Below are positions 17,812 through 29,051 of a stretch of DNA of 29,051 bases, piece by piece (position 1 is the first letter of the stretch; every line of letters begins with the position of its first letter). The stretch lies in the IMG/VR virus record IMGVR_UViG_2547132278_000023. One strand, written 5' to 3'. Made by a program: the position numbers and the translations under genes. This stretch comes from a virus (taxonomy: Duplodnaviria; Heunggongvirae; Uroviricota; Caudoviricetes). The notes beneath the pieces were generated by a model. The model ran no database searches. It was given only the letters and a program-made list of their open reading frames with translations, and was not told where the DNA came from.

Positions 17812-18386
17812 CGCTTTATTACCATTCTCAGTTGATGCTGCAGCGCATAGCCCAGCTCTTTCGGAAGACATTCACGCCGTATCCGTTCAATATTCTGTTT
17901 AAACGCCGTGGTAAGCGGCACCGCCATCGGGATTTTCACCACATCAATGGGGTAACGGTTTTTCCCGGCCACACGCTGCATGACATGCCACCGGCCATTT
18001 TTCAGTTGCTGAATAAACGCGCCGGGAATACGACGGTTTCCCACCACAAGCACGCTGCCGCCACCTTTCAGGGATGAACGCTGCCCCTTTTTACGACGTC
18101 TGCGGCGGGAAAGGACAACCCGCGCGTTACCCAGCTTGATTACGGGCAAATCCCCCCGGTTAACCCTGATTCTGGCCTGCGGATTTTTGACCGTGGCCCT
18201 TTTCAGCCTGGCCCTTTCCTTTACCAGTTTCCGGCGTACCTTTGTCTCACGGGCAACCTGTGACGCAGACTGCGATATCGCGGATGACGCAACGCGGTTA
18301 ATGGTCATTGCGGCGGCACCAGGCACCGCCGTTTTGCTGATACGGCTGAGGTTTTCAACGGCCTGCTCAAGACCTTTTATGGCCAT
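17808..18386 (-). CDS. Z: Tail completion protein Z
   Basis: 192 aa, MAIKGLEQAVENLSRISKTAVPGAA..., lambda Z length and order. Confidence 0.9.
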   Translation of the reverse strand: MAIKGLEQAVENLSRISKTAVPGAAAMTINRVASSAISQSASQVARETKVRRKLVKERARLKRATVKNPQARIRVNRGDLPVIKLGNARVVLSRRRRRKKGQRSSLKGGGSVLVVGNRRIPGAFIQQLKNGRWHVMQRVAGKNRYPIDVVKIPMAVPLTTAFKQNIERIRRECLPKELGYALQHQLRMVIKR

Positions 18387-18397
18387 ACATCCCCCTT

Positions 18398-18751
18398 TCA
18401 GCGGCGACGGTTAACGGCAGGCGGCACGCCACGCCCAAGCCAGAGATGACAGCTTCCGCCATCATCCGGCGAAATCCGGTCCACCCAGAAGTTTTCCTCG
18501 CCGATGGTCAGTGTGTCTCCACGCCGCAGCTGCCGCACATCATCAGTCCGGACAAACAGGGACGGGCTGGAGCCTTCAACGCGCACCCCCTGTCCGGCAT
18601 AGCTGATATTTTCAGGGTCATCAAAAACACCACGTATCACAGCACCGGACAGCTCACCGGATGTCATGGTGGCTGACGTTCCCATGTACCCGCGTATCGT
18701 TTCATCGGCGCGGGCAATGGCAGCATCGAACAGGTTATCGGAATCAGCCAC
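18398..18751 (-). CDS. FII: Head-tail joining protein FII
   Basis: 117 aa, MADSDNLFDAAIARADETIRGYMG..., lambda FII length and order. Confidence 0.9.
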   Translation of the reverse strand: MADSDNLFDAAIARADETIRGYMGTSATMTSGELSGAVIRGVFDDPENISYAGQGVRVEGSSPSLFVRTDDVRQLRRGDTLTIGEENFWVDRISPDDGGSCHLWLGRGVPPAVNRRR

Positions 18752-18762
18752 AGCGCCTCCCG

Positions 18763-19158
18763 TTATTGCATTCTGGCCAGGCCATGTTCTGTCATTTCGG
18801 CTGCCACACCGGCAGAGACACGAAACGCCGTTCCCGGCAGCACAAATGCCACAGGCTCATCCCGCGTGGCGTGAAGTGCATCAGTATGCAGCGTCACCAG
18901 TGCCACGACCGTGACCAGAGCAGCCGTATCAATCACGGTATCCGGCTGCGCTGATACCACCTCATTTTCATGTCCGGTCAGCGCATTTTCCGGGCTGACA
19001 GATGTGTCCTGACCGGCAGCGTCATCCGTGTCATCAAGCTCCTCTTCCAGCTCTGCCACACGGAGCACCAGTTCTTCTTTCGTCCCCGTCAGGCTGACAT
19101 CACGGTTCAGTTGCTCACCCAGCACCTGAAGACGGGCAATCAGTTCATCTTTCGTCAT
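18763..19158 (-). CDS. FI: DNA packaging / head completion protein FI
   Basis: Matches lambda FI from MTKDELIARLQVLGEQLNRDVSLTGTKEEL... The track ORF has a 13-codon upstream extension through the E-FI hairpin. Confidence 0.85.
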   Translation of the reverse strand: MTKDELIARLQVLGEQLNRDVSLTGTKEELVLRVAELEEELDDTDDAAGQDTSVSPENALTGHENEVVSAQPDTVIDTAALVTVVALVTLHTDALHATRDEPVAFVLPGTAFRVSAGVAAEMTEHGLARMQ

Positions 19159-19179
19159 AGACTCCTCCACAGAGAGAAA

Positions 19180-19197
19180 ATGGCCCCGAAGGGCCAT
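19180..19197 (-). promoter_or_regulatory. Perfect hairpin in the E-FI intergenic region
   Basis: atggcccc-gaag-ggccat palindrome between the E stop and the FI RBS (cctccac on plus strand). Coordinates +/-1. Confidence 0.3.
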
Positions 19198-19199
19198 GA

Positions 19200-20225
19200 T
19201 TACGCCAGTTGTACGGACACGAACGCATCAGGGTCAGCCAGCAGCATCAGCGGTGCTGACTGAATCATGGTGAACTCACGCGCCGGATCGCCGGTGGTCA
19301 CCCAGTTTTTCGGGTAGCGGGCAGAGGCGTTAATACCTTCGCGCTGTGCGTCCGCATCCTGAATGCAGCCATAGGTGCGCAGACCGCGTGCCTGAGTGTT
19401 CCCCAGCACCATCGTGTTGTCCGGAAGGAAGTTCTTTTTGACGTCGTTTTCCACGTACTGTCCGGAATACACGACGATCGCCGTATCGCCATACATCCCC
19501 TTATAGGACACCGCTTCGCCCAGGTCTTTTACCGCTGTCTCCAGCTCGGAATTAGAGCCGCGACGGGTATCCAGCTTCTCCTTGACGGCTTTGAAGGAAC
19601 GGAACAGCGCCCAGCCTTTCGGATCAAACACGATGATATTCACCACTCCGCTGGCGTTCAGCGCATAGGCTTCGATATCGTCGGTCGGGTCATACGTGGA
19701 CTTGTCACGCTTGCTCCACTCCGTACCACCGGACTGTGTGATGTTGTTCGCCGCACTGCGGCCCATATCCACCTCAACCGGATCGAAGGCTTCACCGGTC
19801 ATGGTGTATTTGCCCTTAAGCACAGCAGAAACTGCCTGCATCTCTTCGACCTGAGCAATGGCCAGCTCTTCGTCTCGCATGTTCTGCATGATGATGCGAC
19901 GGCGGCGGTAAGCCGGGTCCGCCAGATTCTGCGGATCTTCATCCGGCAGGCGACGCAGGGTCATCTGCGGATTCACCTCATGCTTCGGCTTGACATATCC
20001 CGGTGTAAATTCAGAGGTGGAGCCGCCACGGGAGCGGATAACCTCACCGGAAACAATCGGCGAAACGTACAGCGCCATGTTTACCAGTCCCGGAATTTGT
20101 GAGAGATAGACTTTCTCCGTGGTGAAGGGATAGCTCTCACGGAAAAAGAGACGCAGAAACAGCGGATCAAACTTAAATTTCTTCTCATTTGCCGCCAGCA
20201 GCTGGGCGGTTGTGTACATCGACAT
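19200..20225 (-). CDS. E: Major capsid protein E
   Basis: Matches lambda E (341 aa) from MSMYTTAQLLAANEKKFKFDPLFLRLFF... to ...DPDAFVSVQLA. Most of the gene was hand-translated codon by codon as a check and is in frame. The track ORF begins at an upstream GTG. Confidence 0.9.
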   Translation of the reverse strand: MSMYTTAQLLAANEKKFKFDPLFLRLFFRESYPFTTEKVYLSQIPGLVNMALYVSPIVSGEVIRSRGGSTSEFTPGYVKPKHEVNPQMTLRRLPDEDPQNLADPAYRRRRIIMQNMRDEELAIAQVEEMQAVSAVLKGKYTMTGEAFDPVEVDMGRSAANNITQSGGTEWSKRDKSTYDPTDDIEAYALNASGVVNIIVFDPKGWALFRSFKAVKEKLDTRRGSNSELETAVKDLGEAVSYKGMYGDTAIVVYSGQYVENDVKKNFLPDNTMVLGNTQARGLRTYGCIQDADAQREGINASARYPKNWVTTGDPAREFTMIQSAPLMLLADPDAFVSVQLA

Positions 20226-20245
20226 AAAAAAATCCCGTAAAAAAA

Positions 20246-20259
20246 GCCGCACAGGCGGC
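20246..20259 (-). promoter_or_regulatory. GC-rich hairpin followed by a T-run in the D-E intergenic region (terminator/attenuator-like)
   Basis: Minus strand reads gccgcctgtgcggc then ttttttt, then the E RBS and ATG. Coordinates +/-1. Confidence 0.35.
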
Positions 20260-20280
20260 CTTTAGTGATGAAGGGTAAGG

Positions 20281-20613
20281 TTAAACGATGCTGATTGCCG
20301 TTCCGGCAAACGCGGTCCGTTTTTTCGTCTCGTCGCTGGCAGCCTCCGGCCAGAGCACATCCTCATAACGGAACGTGCCGGACTTGTAGAACGTCAGCGT
20401 GGTGCTGGTCTGGTCAGCATCAACCGCCAGAATGCCAACGGCAGTACCGTCGGTGGTGCCATCCCACGCAACCAGCTTACGGGTGGAGGTGTCCAGCATC
20501 AGCGGGGTCATTGCAGGCGCTTTCGCACTCAATCCGCCGGGCGCGGTTGCCGTATGTGCCGGGTCACTGTTGCCCAGCGGCTGGTAATGGGTAAAGGTTT
20601 CTTTGCTCGTCAT
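20281..20613 (-). CDS. D: Head decoration protein D
   Basis: Matches lambda D from [33 protein letters not shown]... to ...[12 protein letters not shown]. Start and stop codons verified by hand against the track. Confidence 0.9.
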   Translation of the reverse strand: MTSKETFTHYQPLGNSDPAHTATAPGGLSAKAPAMTPLMLDTSTRKLVAWDGTTDGTAVGILAVDADQTSTTLTFYKSGTFRYEDVLWPEAASDETKKRTAFAGTAISIV

Positions 20614-20622
20614 AAACATCCC

Positions 20623-21228
20623 TTACACTGGTGTGTTCAGCAAATCGTTAACGGCATCAGATGCCGGGTTACCTGTAGCCAGCGGTGCCGGTGCCCCCTG
20701 CATCAGACGATCCAGCGCAGTGTCACTGCGCGCCTGTGCACTCTGTGGTGCAGCTGCCAGAATGCGGCGGGCCGTTTCCACGGTCATACCGGGGGTTTCT
20801 GCCAGCACGCGGGCCTGTTCTTCGCGTCCGTGAGCCTCCTCACAGTTGAGGATCCCCATAATGCGGCTGTTTTCTGCCGCAACCGCAGCGGTGATCTGCG
20901 CGTTCACGTCCGGCTGCGCCGCGCTGGCGTTTTCGCCCTCCGTCGCTGGCACCACGTCAGTAACGTCAGTCTGCGAAGCAGTGGCTGAAACAGTTGTTGA
21001 TTGAGTCTCTTTGGTCATTCGCCCTCCTGAGAGACGGGATTTACGCGCATCCAGTGCATCACGCATGACGGTGATCGCATCGGTGCTGTTAACAAGTTCA
21101 TCAGCCAGTCCGGCATCAATGGCCTCCTGACCGCTGTACACTGCAGCCTCGGTATCCAGCACAGCCTGCACAGACAGGCCGGTATATGCCGACACCTTCT
21201 GCGCAAACATCTGGCGGGTTGCGTCCAT
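20623..21228 (-). CDS. Nu3: Scaffolding protein Nu3, nested in-frame in the 3' part of C (201 aa)
   Basis: An in-frame ATG (MDATRQMFAQKV...) lies exactly 201 codons before the shared stop, the size I recall for lambda Nu3. Internal initiation is inferred from lambda. Confidence 0.6.
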   Translation of the reverse strand: MDATRQMFAQKVSAYTGLSVQAVLDTEAAVYSGQEAIDAGLADELVNSTDAITVMRDALDARKSRLSGGRMTKETQSTTVSATASQTDVTDVVPATEGENASAAQPDVNAQITAAVAAENSRIMGILNCEEAHGREEQARVLAETPGMTVETARRILAAAPQSAQARSDTALDRLMQGAPAPLATGNPASDAVNDLLNTPV

Positions 21229-21922
21229 CCGGGACTGCAGTGTCTCCCGGACGTCATCCGGAAGATGGCTGTAGGGATTGCCATCCACCTTATGGCTGCC
21301 GCTGTAAATCAGCGTGATTTCCACACCCTGTTTCTCCAGGGCAGCACCGTAATTACTGTGAGCCATCATGACGCCGATGGAGCCTGTCCGGGCGGTCTGC
21401 GTGACCAGACGCCGGGAGGCGGCACTGGCAAGCAGCTGACCTGCACTGCAGTTCATGTCGTTGGCCAGCGCCCATACCGGTTTTATGTCTCGCACACGGG
21501 CGATGATGTCAGCGCAGTCAAATGCCCCCGCCACCATTCCGCCTGGCGTGTCCATATCGAGCAGAATGCCGTCCACCATCGGGTCGCTGGCAGCCTGTTG
21601 CAGACGGGCGATAATGCCGTTGTAACCGGTCATCCCCGAGTACGGCTGCAGCGCCCGCGTCCGGCTGACCAGCGTGCCGGACACCGGCAGCACGGCGATG
21701 CCGTTCATGACCTGATAACTGCGGGCCTGTCGTGGTCCGTCATCATCACCGGATAATGCCAGCGTCGCGAGTGCCTCCTGGGCAGTCAGGCTGTCGCCGG
21801 ACACCGCATCCGTCAGGCGGCTGATCCCAAGCTGGCCTGCAAGCGCACAAAAGAAAACCCGCGCATAGGCGGGTTCAAGCATCAGCGGCTCATTAAAGGC
21901 CATGCTGGCAATATGCGGGAGA

Positions 21923-21942
<20 letters not shown>
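20623..21942 (-). CDS. C: Head maturation protease / scaffold C (439 aa), apparent GTG start
   Basis: Matches lambda C from (V/M)TAELRNLPHIASMAFNEPLMLEPAYARVFF... A GTG codon preceded by gaggaggagaa lies at the lambda start position. 20-nt overlap with the B 3' end, as in lambda. Confidence 0.85.
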
Positions 21943-25623
<3,681 letters not shown>

Positions 25624-25649
<26 letters not shown>

Positions 25650-26169
25650 TCAGCAACCCCGGTATCAGTTCATCCAGCGCGGCTGCTTTGTTCATGGCTT
25701 TGATGATATCCCGTTTCAGGAAATCAACATGTCGGTTTTCCAGTTCCGGAAAACGCCGCTGCACCGACAGGGGGATCCCGTCGAGAATACTGGCAATTTC
25801 ACCTGCGATCCGCGACAACACGAAAGTACAGAATGCGGTTTCCACCACTTCAGCGGAGTCTCTGGCATTCTTCAGTTCCTGTGCGTCGGCCTGCGCACGC
25901 GTAAGTCGATGGCGTTCGTACTCAATAGTCCCTGGCTGGAGATCTGCCTCGCTGGCCTGCCGCAGTTCTTCAACCTCCCGGCGCAGCTTTTCGTTCTCAA
26001 TTTCAGCATCCCTTTCGGCATACCATTTTATGACGGCGGCAGAGTCATAAAGCACCTCATTACCCTTGCCACCGCCTCGCAGAACGGGCATTCCCTGTTC
26101 CTGCCAGTTCTGAATGGTACGGATACTCGCACCGAAAATGTCAGCCAGCTGCTTTTTGTTGACTTCCAT
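25624..26169 (-). CDS. Nu1: Terminase small subunit Nu1
   Basis: 181 aa, MEVNKKQLADIFGASIRTIQNWQEQGMPVLRGGGKGNEVLYDSAAVIKWYAERD... (winged-HTH N-terminus), lambda Nu1. 3' end overlaps the A start. Confidence 0.9.
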
Positions 26170-26360
26170 TGTTCATTCCACGGACAAAAACAGAGAAAGG
26201 AAACGACAGAGGCCAAAAAGCTCGCTTTCAGCACCTGTCGTTTCCTTTCTTTTCAGGGGGTATTTTAAATAAAAACATTAAGTTACGACGAAGAAGAACG
26301 GAAACACCTTAAACCGGAAAATTTTCATAAATAGCGAAAACCCGCGAGGTCGCCGCCCCG
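26170..26360 (-). promoter_or_regulatory. cos packaging site: cosB (R1, R2, R3 terminase-binding repeats) and cosN with the 12-nt cohesive-end sequence
   Basis: Reverse complement of 26347-26358 is GGGCGGCGACCT, followed by CGCGGGTTTTCGCTATTTATGAAAATTTTCCGG, the lambda left end as recalled. R-site-like repeats: gaaaggaaacgacag (about 26195-26209), ctgtcgtttcctttc (about 26235-26249), cgaagaagaacggaaacacc (about 26289-26308). Lambda right-end-like sequence (cgtaacctgtcgg) continues from 26359. Confidence 0.8.
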
Positions 26361-26393
26361 TAACCTGTCGGATCGCCGGAAAGGACCCGCAAA

Positions 26394-26410
26394 ATGATAA
26401 TAATTATCAT
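26394..26410. promoter_or_regulatory. 17-bp perfect palindrome ATGATAATAATTATCAT on the right-end side of cosN
   Basis: Self-complementary sequence about 35 bp from cosN. Function unknown; possibly part of the cosQ-side packaging region or an operator. Confidence 0.3.
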
Positions 26411-26557
26411 CTGCATGTCACAACGTGCATCTACGCCATCAAACCACGTCAAATAATCAATTATGACGCAGGTATCGTATTAATTGATCTGCATCAACTT
26501 AACGTAAAAACAACTTCAGACAATACAAATCAGTGACACTGAATACAGGGCAACCTC

Positions 26558-26791
26558 ATGTCAACGAAGAACAGAACCCGCAGAACAACAACCCGCAACA
26601 TCCGCTTTCCTAACCAAATGATTGAACAAATTAACATCGCTCTTGATCAAAAAGGGTCCGGGAATTTCTCAGCCTGGGTCATTGAAGCCTGCCGCCGGAG
26701 ACTGTGCTCAGAAAAAAGAGTTTCTCCTGAAGCAAACAAAGAAAAGAGTGACATTACTGAATTGCTCAGAAAACAGATCAGACCAGATTGA
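26558..26791 (+). CDS. Small hypothetical protein, probably ribbon-helix-helix DNA-binding fold (YlcI/DUF3950-like, tentative)
   Basis: 77-aa ORF with a basic N-terminus (RTRRTTTRNIRF) then a strand-helix-turn-helix pattern (NIRFPNQMIEQINIALDQKGSGNFSAWVIEACRRRL). ATG preceded by aggg. AT-rich codon usage unlike the structural genes. Confidence 0.5.
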   Translation: MSTKNRTRRTTTRNIRFPNQMIEQINIALDQKGSGNFSAWVIEACRRRLCSEKRVSPEANKEKSDITELLRKQIRPD

Positions 26792-26849
26792 AGCAATTTA
26801 GATAATCGTGCAGACTACGCCCCCCTCATATCACATGGAAGGTTTATCT

Positions 26850-27260
26850 ATGGATCAGGTAGTCATTTTTAAACAAATATTTGATAAAGTTCGAAACGAT
26901 TTAAACTATCAATGGTTTTATTCTGAGCTAAAACGTCATAATGTCTCACATTACATTTACTATTTAGCCACAGAGAATGTTCATATTGTATTAAAAAATG
27001 ATAATACAGTGTTATTAAAGGGCCTAAAAAACATTGTGTCTGTCAAATTTTCAAAGGATAGGCATCTTATAGAAACGACCTCTAATAAGCTGAAATCCAG
27101 AGAGATCACATTTCAGGAATACAGAAGAAACCTTGCTAAAGCAGGAGTTTTTCGGTGGGTTACAAATATCCACGAACAAAAAAGATATTACTATGCCTTT
27201 GATAATTCATTACTCTTTACTGAAAACATACAGAGCACATCACAAATGTTTCCACACTAA
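26850..27260 (+). CDS. Hypothetical protein, YbcV/DUF1398-like (tentative; prophage 'putative envelope protein' family)
   Basis: The track ORF is 26808-27260. Start set at the internal ATG ([11 protein letters not shown]...) with GGAAGG about 9 nt upstream, giving 136 aa. AT-rich, 58 bp after the previous ORF, same strand. Confidence 0.5.
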   Translation: MDQVVIFKQIFDKVRNDLNYQWFYSELKRHNVSHYIYYLATENVHIVLKNDNTVLLKGLKNIVSVKFSKDRHLIETTSNKLKSREITFQEYRRNLAKAGVFRWVTNIHEQKRYYYAFDNSLLFTENIQSTSQMFPH

Positions 27261-27562
27261 ACCATAACGTCCGGTTTCTTCTACCCCTGCACCGGACTGG
27301 CTGACATGAAGAGCAACCCCGCGTTCAGTTGACGCGTTAATAACCCGGTGTGCATCGTTTTTGATTATTCCCGCACACTCACGCAGAAGGAATTCCCCGT
27401 CGGGCTACGGTCATGGTTAATGCGGGAATACGGCGACGATACAGCGCATGATGTGTCAGGCTTGAATACCTTTATCCGTTAAAAGGGATATCAGTTAAGT
27501 TATCCCGTGCAGGGTATAAGCCATTATCAAGCCCCCCGTAGATAGGCTTTGTAATGACATCT

Positions 27563-28087
27563 TCAATTAATCAGCAGTTCAGGCTGTGTCACCTGCAAGA
27601 TGTATTCATGCTCGACAGCCAGGACACGCTTCTCTTTCTTCCGTTCGTTCATTAACCGACTGCCGATCGTACCTTTCAGCTTTGAGCGTGTTTCTTTGAT
27701 GGCGTAGCGGTGCTGCATTTCTTCGCCAATTGCCATGCGGCGGCTCAGTTGTTCTGCCATCCAGTTGAATGCTGCGATATAGCTCTCCTTGATTGCCGCA
27801 GCAGCTTTCCCGGTGAACCCCATCACAACCATGATCCAGCCATCTTTCGTCAGGCTGTACATCGGGCGAACCTTGCCCTGCTCATCGATATAATCAGCCG
27901 ACGCAAAATTGCGTTGGCTAAACTCACGCGAGCAATCAGCCTTAACCTGCTCGATTTTCCTGAGAACATCACCGTGTCGCTTGCCGAAGTACTTGGCAAT
28001 TTTTCTGGATGTGGTAACGACCTCTCCGTTTTTGGCTTGCACCATTTCTCGGAAGTCGAAGGCTGGAATAACTGAATGATTATTCAT
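27563..28087 (-). CDS. rha: Rha-family phage regulatory protein
   Basis: 174 aa from internal Met of the track ORF. N-terminal region MNNHSVIPAFDFREMVQAKNGEVVTTSRKIAKYFGKRHGDVLRKIEQ is the Rha-family signature I recognise. Confidence 0.7.
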   Translation of the reverse strand: MNNHSVIPAFDFREMVQAKNGEVVTTSRKIAKYFGKRHGDVLRKIEQVKADCSREFSQRNFASADYIDEQGKVRPMYSLTKDGWIMVVMGFTGKAAAAIKESYIAAFNWMAEQLSRRMAIGEEMQHRYAIKETRSKLKGTIGSRLMNERKKEKRVLAVEHEYILQVTQPELLIN

Positions 28088-28429
28088 AGCGTCTTTACCT
28101 TTTAGAAAGTGAGCCTGTCTCACAGAAAAGCCGCCCGAGAGAGGTCGCCACCTATAACGGCATTTCTCAGGCTCGCTTACTGAAAGGCTCTCGTTAATAT
28201 GCGCGTGAGATGCGCTGTGAAATTCAGATATAAAAAGCCCCGCGAATGCGAGGCTAAATCCTGGTATTTGTAATGAACTGGCTCTTATCTCAACGCAGCC
28301 CCTTACTGCGCGCCAGATGCTCAATATCAAGCATCAGCAATGAGATGTTTAATCTGGATTTACTCCAGAAGTGATCACCACCCTGTCTACAGAGCCAGAT
28401 GTGAAGGATGATGAGTAAAATTATCGCTA

Positions 28430-28799
28430 TCATCGAAGGCATTGCGTCCTAATGTATTCCTGAAGCGTTCTCAGTGCTGTTTGGTCGCGGATAATTCCGT
28501 CCCGGATATCGAGAACGTTTCGTCCAGCAACTGGAGAGAGTTCGACGGTGGCATCATTGCCCATGCCGGAGGCGCTGGAGGTTTCGGCAGAGGATGGCAC
28601 AGGGCATTTTCCTTTGACGAGCACCCTGCCACCATTATCAAGCTTCCGCAGAAGAGCATCATTTTCAGCTTTCGCATCAGCTAACTCCTTCGTGTATTTT
28701 GCATCGAGCGCAGCAACATCACGCTGACGCATCTGCATGTCAGTAATTGCCGCGTTCGCCAGCTTCAGTTCTCTGACATTTTTGTCGCGCTGGGCTTTG
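28430..28799 (-). pseudogene. Rz: Rz (inner-membrane spanin) gene lacking its 5' end; interrupted by an IS21-family insertion
   Basis: The reading frame encodes ...[49 protein letters not shown]... matching lambda Rz from about residue 33 onward. Upstream of about 28800 the sequence changes to IS sequence with an in-frame stop; no signal-anchor coding region present. Confidence 0.65.
28471..28677 (-). CDS. Rz1: Rz1 (outer-membrane lipoprotein spanin), embedded in Rz in the +1 frame
   Basis: 68-aa [24 protein letters not shown]... with lipobox (MVAGC) followed by a proline-rich segment PKPPAPPAW, like lambda Rz1. Located entirely inside the Rz remnant. Confidence 0.7.
   Translation of the reverse strand: MRKLKMMLFCGSLIMVAGCSSKENALCHPLPKPPAPPAWAMMPPSNSLQLLDETFSISGTELSATKQH

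Positions 28800-29051
<252 letters not shown>

Noticed and set aside
19200-20225. Apparent 1-nt frame inconsistency in E during my first hand check
   Set aside because: Traced to my own mis-transcription of two sequence lines. Codon-by-codon re-translation of most of the gene is in frame and agrees with the continuous ORF in the track, so there is no frameshift.
28442-28684. 80-aa plus-strand ORF
   Set aside because: Antisense to the Rz/Rz1 region; the minus-strand spanin frames are the supported ones.

Overview
This window is the late (virion morphogenesis) arm of a lambda-like prophage, read on the minus strand, inserted in the host MFS transporter gene ydfJ (the locus I recall as the Qin site in E. 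coli K-12). No clearly novel system is present; the best candidate for undescribed biology is the AT-rich cos-proximal accessory cassette at about 26.5-28.1 kb. Gene order right to left is: IS21-family fragment interrupting Rz (Rz1 intact), Rha-family gene, two small plus-strand accessory ORFs, cos, then Nu1-A-W-B-C/Nu3-D-E-FI-FII-Z-U-V-G/GT-H-M-L-K-I-J, an IS66-family element (2699 bp, 8-bp target duplication) inserted in the last codons of J, lom, a side tail fiber (stf) with a lambda-like N-terminus and divergent C-terminus, a non-lambda tail-fiber chaperone, the prophage/host junction and 5'-truncated ydfJ. The head and tail genes all appear as uninterrupted ORFs. All identifications rest on recognising protein and DNA motifs from memory; no database search or computation was run. 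CDS ends come from the supplied ORF track; hand-located motifs may be off by 1-2 nt.
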